A stretch of 64,000 nt of DNA from Macrostomum hystrix (taxonomy: Eukaryota > Animalia > Platyhelminthes), in the NCBI GenBank assembly GCA_950097015.1, contig CATNEN010000008.1, positions 1,302,001-1,366,000 of the forward strand, in the 5' to 3' direction. How positions within the stretch are numbered: the stretch's first letter is position 1; the number at the start of each line of letters is the position of its first letter. The translations under genes were made by a program, and so were the position numbers. The notes beneath the pieces were generated by a model. It saw only the letters and a list, made by a program, of their open reading frames with translations, was not told where the DNA came from and searched no databases. Positions 58,701 to 64,000 of this stretch are shown here, piece by piece.

Positions 58701-61700
58701 TCCGCAGGGCCTCGGACGGACCTGGCTGCGCAAGCTGGAACAGCGCGCAAACGTTTCAATCACCGCGCCGTGCCTTCGCGGCTTCCGGGCCGCCATTGAA
58801 GAGGCCGTCGTCACCGGCCGGCCGCTCATTGTTGAAGACGTCGGTGGCGGTCCGCTGCATCCGCTGCTTGTCGGGCTCCTCGGCAGCTCCTCCGCAGCAG
58901 CCGGTCGTCGGGTTCGTGTCGGCGAAAAACTGGTCGATGTTGCGGACGGATTCCGCCTGTACTTAACATGCCGCCAGGCAGCTTCGGCTCATCCGACTGA
59001 CGTTCACGCACTGACAGCCGTCGTGGACTTCAGCGTAACGCCGGGCGGTCTGGAGGAGCGCCTATTAGACACGGTCGCCGAGGCGGAGAAGCCGGAACAG
59101 GAGGCCGAGCGGAATAAGCTTCTGCTGGAGGCCGGGTTGCAGCGTCGACGTCTGCAGGAACTCGAAGACGGCCTGCTACATCGGCTGAGCGAAACCCGGG
59201 GCGCCTTGGTGGACGACGCCTCGCTAGTCGAAGTTCTTCGCGACGCCAAGCTGGCCTCCGAGGAGGCGCGGGAGCGGCTCTCCTCGGCGACGGAGGCGGA
59301 GGCTCGACTCAGTCGGGTTCGCGAAGAATACCGACCTGTTGCCGCCCGAGGCCGCCTCCTTCACTGCCTGGCGGCCGACCTGGTCGCCCTGAATCCGATG
59401 TACTCGCAGTCGCTACAGCTGTTCCTCGGCCATTTCCGAGCCAGCCTCGCCGAAGCTGCCAAGTCGCCAATAGCTCTGCGCCGCATTGCCAACCTGATTG
59501 ACAGCTTGACTCGCCGAGTCTACAAAGCCACGTCGCGCGGCCTGTACGCTAAGGACCGGTCGACATTTAACTTGCTCCTGGCGCTGCGACTGCAGCTGGC
59601 CACTGGCCACGTGCGGCCGGACGAGCTCGACGTTCTGCTGCGCGCCGGCGCCGGAGTCGACCCGGCCGACGTCGAGGCGAAGCCAGCCCGCAAGTGGCTC
59701 TCCGACACCGTCTGGACTAACGCCCACGCGCTCCGCCGGCTGGCCCACTTCAGCCTCATCGCCGAGCAGCTGGCCGGCAACGACCGGGCATGGCGCGCCT
59801 GGTGCGAAGAGGAAGCACCGGAGGACTGCGAGCCGCCAGATGGCTATGTGAAGCTGAGCACCTTCCACAAGCTGCTGCTGATCAGGTGCCTGGTACCGGA
59901 GCGCACAACGGTCATGGCGGCTCGCTACGTCGCCGAAACAATCGGGCCGAGCTACGCTGACCATACTGGCGATGTCAGCGGCGGCTTGGAGTCGTTTGCT
60001 GACGAGGCTGGATTGCGACGGGCGCCTCTGCTCTGCCTGCTAGCGCCAGGCTGTGGAGATCCCGTTGGTGACGCTGTGGAACGTCTGGCTAGACGCTCGG
60101 GAGTACCATGTTCCATCGTTGCCATGGGCCGATGCGAGCAGCAGCCGGCGATGCAGCCGCACCAGCATCTTCAGCAGCAACAGCAGCAGATTAGCGGCAC
60201 ACTTGGCGAAAACATGGCCAGGCGGCTGCTGCAGTCGGCCATCTCCGAGGGCCGCTGGCTTGTGCTGCAGAATTTGCACCTGTGCAGTCGCTCGTTTCTC
60301 GATGAACTCGGTGACACATTGGCAGCTTGGTCCGCCGCCGCAGCGGCCGCTGCCACGTCAGCATCTTCGGCGCCTGCTGGTGAAACATCTCCAGCAGCGG
60401 CGGCATCAGCGGCAGCCGCAGCAGCCGGCGGCGACGTTGTCATAGCTACGGCGGCTGCTGCTTTGGCTTCGGCGACTGCGGCCGCAGCAAGCGGAGGCGG
60501 CCCAGCCGGTGCGGGCGTCGACGGTCAGCCAGAAAGCGGCGCCGTCAGCGGCCTCGGCATCGGCGGCTTCCGCTGCTGGCTGACATCAGAGCCGCTGGCC
60601 GCAGTTTCGGAATCCGGCGCTGATTTTCCTCACTTCCTGGTTGGTGCCTGCCTGCGCTTCACGGCCGACCAGCCGCCGAGCATCCGGTCTGGGCTGGCGC
60701 GCACTTTTGCCCAGCTGGGCGATGAGCACCTGGAGTCCAGCGGCACTCCGCAGTGGCGCCCGATGCTCTACTGCGTGGCCTTCCTTCATGCGACCATTAA
60801 CGCTCGACTTCGCTTCGGTCCGATTGGCTGGTCGGAGTCTCCGCGCCTGTCTCCGTCAGACTTAGCGGCTGCCATGCAGGGCCTGCAGAATCACCTCGAC
60901 GAGGTCGACGCGCGTCGTGGCGTCGTCTGGCCGGCGATTCGTCACCTGATCGGCGAAGTCACCTTCGGTGGAAGATTCATGGACGACTGGGACAGGCGCC
61001 TGCTGGGTGTGTACTGCCGACTGTGGCTGAACGAGGCCCTGCTGACTGACAGCTTCCAGTTTGCGCGCGGCGCCTACCGGCTGCCCCGCTGTCGGCATGT
61101 CGAAGAGTTTCGAGCCTTCATCGACAAGCTGCCGACCGTGGACGCGGCCGAAGCTTTCGGGTTGCACGCCAATGCTGATATCGGGTGCGGAGACCGCTTT
61201 AACTATAATTTTTGCATTTTTGCAGTACAATGTTTAAAGTAGTATGTGACGGTTTTTAAAGTCGACTTTAAAAAATTCATCCAGGTGCCAGACAGCGAAA
61301 GCGAATGCTATTTTCGATTCAATCTGTCTAATACAACCACTGCCGCATCAGTATCACCAGCAGCAGCAGCAGCAGTTGCTCAATTTCGATCAACGTTCTC
61401 TAGCTGACATTAGCGAAGAGGCCCTGTTAAAGCTACCTGACGAGTTCGGACCAGCAGAGGTTTGAGTTCAAATACCTGAAGTCAGATATGTCACAAAATG
61501 TTACATTAGTCATTTTACTAGTAAGAGTTCAGGATCTACCAGAGGATTTGGGAGAAGTTGACGAGTCTACCAGAGGATTTGGGGGAGCTGACGGATCTAC
61601 CAGAGGATTTGGGAGAAGTTGACGGATCTACCAGAGGATTTGTGAGAAGTTGACGAGTCTACCAGAGGATTTGGGGGAGCTGACGGATCTACCAGAGGAT

Positions 61701-64000
61701 TTGGGGGAGCTGAAGAATCTACCAGAGGATTTGGGAGAAGTTGACGAGTCTACCAGAGGATTTGGGGGAGCTGACGGATCTACCAGAGGATTTGGGAGAA
61801 GTTGACGAGTCTACCAGAGGATTTGGGGGAGCTGACGGATCTACCAGAGGATTTGGGAGAAGTTGACGAGTCTACCAGAGGATTTGGGGGAGCTGACGGA
61901 TCTACCAGAGGATTTGGGAGAAGTTGACGAGTCTACCAGAGGATTTGGGGGAGCTGACGGATCTACCAGAGGATTTGGGAGAAGTTGACGAGTCTACCAG
62001 AGGATTTGGGGGAGCTGACGGAACTACCAGAGGATTTGGGGGAGCTGAAGAATCTACCAGAGGATTTGGGAGAAGTTGACGAGTTTACCAGAGGATTTGG
62101 GGGAGCTGACGGATCTACCAGAGGATTTGAGGGAGTTGACGGATCTACCAGAGGATTTGAGGGAGTTGACGGATCTACCAGAGGATTTGGGAGAAGTTGA
62201 CGAGTCTACCAGAGGATTTGGGGGAGCTGACGGATCTACCAGAGGATTTGGGGGAGCTGAAGAATCTACCAGAGGATTTGGGAGTGGGTATTTTAAAACC
62301 CCCCATGGTCTACTGTTAAAAATCTTGCAAACGTCATCCCCAGATTCGCGATCGCCTTCGCAAGATGGAGCAGCAGCATCGACCGTTGAACATCTTCTTG
62401 CGCGTAGAGCTTGACACAATGCGCCGATTGCTCAGTAGAGCACGCGCCGAACTCTCCGCTCTGGCCTGTGCTGGACCCGACGCCGCCTCAGCCGCTACTG
62501 ACCTCTCCGACGCCGAGCTGGCAGTTCTTGAAGCCCTTCGGCAGCGTCAGGTGCCGGTCGATTGGCTGCGAATTGCTTGTAATGACAGCATCGAAATCGG
62601 CGGAAGCCTGGCCGTCTGGCTCTCCGATCTGCGCGAAAGGCACGCTCAGCTGCGAAGCTGGCTGCTCGAAGGCCGCCCGCCGGCGGCTCACTGGCTGCCC
62701 GGCTACTTCCGTCCGGCGGCGTTTCTCACCGCGCTGCGGCAAGAGGCGGTGCGAGCCAGGCGCGGCTGGTCGCTGGAAACCGTGCAGCTGGCCAGCGATG
62801 TGACTCGCCTGTCCAAGTGAGCGCCAGGACTCCCTGGGGATCGGAAGTTTCCCCACATAGTTTCTAGGAATCAGGAGATTTCCCCATGGTTTCTTGGAAT
62901 CGGGAGACTTCCTAAATGGATTCTAGGAATCGGGGGATTTCCTCAATTGATTCTAGGAATCGGGGGATTTCCTAAATTGATTCTAGGAATCGGAGGATTT
63001 CCTAAATGGATTCTAGGAATAGGAAGATTTCCTAACTGGATTCTAGGAATCTTGAGATTTCTTAAATGGTTTCTAGGAATGGGGGGATTTCCTAAATGGA
63101 TTCTAGGAATCGGGGGATTTCCTCAATTGATTCTAGGAATCGGGGGATTTCCTAAATTCATTCTAGGAATCGGGGGATTTCCTAAATGGATTCTAGGAAA
63201 AGGAAGATTTCCTAAATGGATTCTAGGAATCTGGAGATTTCCTAAATGGATTCTAGGAATCGGGGGATTTCCTCAATTGATTCTAGGAATCGGGGGATTT
63301 CCTAAATGGATTCTAGGAATAGGAAGATTTCCTAAATGGATTCTAGGAATCTTGAGATTTCTTAAATGGATTCTAGGAATCGGGGGATTTCCTAAATGGA
63401 TTCTAAGAATCAGAATATTTCCTAAATGGATTCTAGGAATCGGGGGATTTCCTAAATGGATTCTAGGAATCGGGGGATTTCCTAAATGGATTCTAAGAAT
63501 CGGAATATTTCCTAAATGGATTCTAGGAATCGGGGGATTTCCTAAATGTATTCTAGGAATCGGGGGATTTCCTAAATGGATTCTAGGAATCGGGGGGATT
63601 TCCTAAATGGATTCTAGGAATCGGGAGATTTCCACGTGGATTCTAGGAATAGGTGGATTCCCCACATGGGTTCCAATTTTCGCGGGACCAGTTCTGGAAG
63701 AAAGCTTCTATCCACTCCGTTTTTTTCAACCGTCGCGCGCAGAGAGGAGACCCACGTCGCACCGCCCGACGGTGTCTTCGTCCACGGCCTGTCGCTTGAC
63801 GGTGCCGGGTGGGACAGGCGCAACTGCCGCCTGACGGAGCCAGCCCCGAAGTCCGGGCCGACGCAGCTGCCGCTGGTGCACCTGTTTGCCGTGTCTGGCA
63901 TCTCCGCCGGCGGAGGGGTCGCCACCGGCCTGTACGAGTGCCCGGTGTACACTCGACCCGAGCGAAGCCATCGGACTCAGCTGTGCTGCCTCCAGCTGCG
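34706..64000 (+). CDS. DNAH5: Axonemal outer-arm dynein heavy chain, DNAH5/DNAH8 class, 33 exons, ~4,920 codons in window, last ~20 codons beyond the right edge
   Basis: Exons 34706-34733, 35211-35263, 35346-35468, 36718-36882, 36972-37025, 37740-38118, 38687-38852, 38970-40337, 40956-41107, 41184-41391, 41835-42762, 42876-42956, 43155-43678, 43808-44398, 44689-45259, 45845-46063, 46883-47170, 47837-48178, 48748-48936, 49620-49930, 50456-50761, 51311-51705, 51803-52056, 52146-53954, 54140-54712, 54816-55397, 55607-55774, 57775-57948, 58038-58259, 58552-61184, 61285-61459, 62344-62816, 63743->64000. Diagnostic motifs: [87 protein letters not shown]1 GPTGAGKT and [44 protein letters not shown]5 versus DNAH8 cannot be resolved by eye. 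Confidence 0.92.
34765..35092. repeat. 19-bp minisatellite (TGTACAAGAATGTTGAATC)
   Basis: Dynein intron 1. Confidence 0.92.
35835..36510. repeat. Degenerate ~24-bp minisatellite (TGTGTCTTTGATCGTTTCTTGTAA) in ~200-bp blocks
   Basis: Dynein intron 3. Confidence 0.8.
37090..37640. repeat. 20-bp minisatellite (GGAAGCCAATCTTCCAGAGT)
   Basis: Dynein intron 5. Confidence 0.95.
40458..40747 (-). mobile_element. SINE family 1 full copy (dynein intron 8)
   Basis: Minus-strand head GGGGGTGGCAGAGCGGTCTAAAGCG resembles a tRNA-Leu D-arm; B-box and family body present. Confidence 0.75.
43022..43112 (-). mobile_element. SINE family 1 partial copy
   Basis: GTACATCTATCCTGACTTTCTCATCGTCAGACAGTGTACA matches the family body. 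Confidence 0.55.
44418..44640. repeat. 15/17-bp minisatellite (ACAGAACTGACAGAC[AC])
   Basis: Dynein intron 14. Confidence 0.9.
45418..45725 (+). mobile_element. SINE family 1 copy
   Basis: TTTGCCTCTCGCGCCAAG...GTTCGATTCCGCGG head plus family body. Confidence 0.75.
46400..46790 (+). mobile_element. Decayed 3' fragment of a non-LTR retrotransposon ORF2 (C-terminal CCHC knuckle)
   Basis: Two adjacent frames give [18 protein letters not shown] and [22 protein letters not shown], the pattern typical of the ORF2 C-terminus of I-group LINEs. It is frameshifted and sits in dynein intron 46064-46882, whose flanking exons are colinear with dynein without it. Confidence 0.6.
48184..48725. repeat. 12-bp minisatellite (TCTGACTCTCAA) filling a whole intron
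   Basis: Starts 5 nt after the donor at 48179 and ends ~25 nt before the acceptor at 48747. Confidence 0.93.
49195..49500. repeat. Degenerate ~20-bp repeat (CCAAACCTAAATTGCTCATC)
   Basis: Dynein intron 19. Confidence 0.75.
49960..50428. repeat. 20/24-bp minisatellite ([ACTA]ACTGGTTTCACTCCAGTTCA)
   Basis: 21 copies of TTCACTCCAG counted. Confidence 0.95.
50815..51168 (+). mobile_element. SINE family 1 full copy
   Basis: GTGGCAGAGCGGTCTA head; body nearly identical to the 3033 copy. Confidence 0.75.
55945..56250. repeat. 32-bp minisatellite (GAAGAACTAGTGGGTAATAGTTGATAGGCACT)
   Basis: Direct tandem array. Confidence 0.92.
56995..57675. repeat. 17-bp minisatellite (TTCCTTGATTCGTCAGA)
   Basis: Direct tandem array. 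Confidence 0.95.
61530..62285. repeat. Alternating 31/30-bp minisatellite (61-bp dimer; CTACCAGAGGATTTGGG core)
   Basis: GAGAAGTTGACGAGT and GGGAGCTGACGGAT variants alternate. Confidence 0.93.
62850..63655. repeat. 30-bp minisatellite (GGAATCGGGGGATTTCCTAAATGGATTCTA)
   Basis: Fills the last dynein intron in the window. Confidence 0.95.

Noticed and set aside
728-63655. Regularly spaced repeats as CRISPR arrays
   Set aside because: Units are contiguous with no unique spacers, no cas genes are present, and the context is spliced eukaryotic genes.
728-63655. Consistent G-rich strand bias of arrays relative to transcription
   Set aside because: Both G-rich and C-rich arrays occur on the sense strands of the genes; no consistent pattern.
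34706-64000. Dynein as a pseudogene because of motor divergence
   Set aside because: No frameshift or internal stop across 33 phase-consistent exons, conserved MTBD and an intact X-box promoter.

Overview
Eukaryotic (animal) genomic DNA with four spliced protein-coding genes. I reconstructed these by hand from GT/GC-AG junctions, and the junctions listed are phase-consistent. (1) The 5' part of a TRPA1-type ankyrin channel gene on the minus strand (147-7601, probable extra upstream exon at 8863-8875), running off the left edge. (2) A complete 9-exon UBE3A/E6-AP HECT ligase on the minus strand (13350-23199, ~901 aa). (3) A head-to-head, 14-exon long coiled-coil gene resembling CCDC175 (25505-32989), with a required 14-nt microexon and a nested alternative terminal exon pair. 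(4) A nearly complete 33-exon outer-arm dynein heavy chain of the DNAH5/DNAH8 class (34706 to beyond 64000, ~4,920 codons in window). Its tail and microtubule-binding domain look conserved, while its AAA ring is strongly diverged. Most long introns are filled by their own minisatellite (29 arrays listed; most units 9-32 bp). Many share a GATC core, and several are built from splice-signal motifs. Also present: a multi-copy tRNA-headed SINE family (including inverted pairs), two non-autonomous DNA transposons, a decayed LINE fragment and perfect RFX X-boxes upstream of TRPA1 and the dynein. The repeat-rich intron style suggests a flatworm such as Macrostomum (inference only). All homolog comparisons are from memory of the human proteins; no database search was run. 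I found no clear new enzymatic system. The strongest candidates for novelty are the splice-signal minisatellites, a recursive-splice-type exon carrying the dynein AAA1 P-loop, inverted SINEs around a weakly spliced TRPA1 exon, and the mosaic divergence of the dynein motor.
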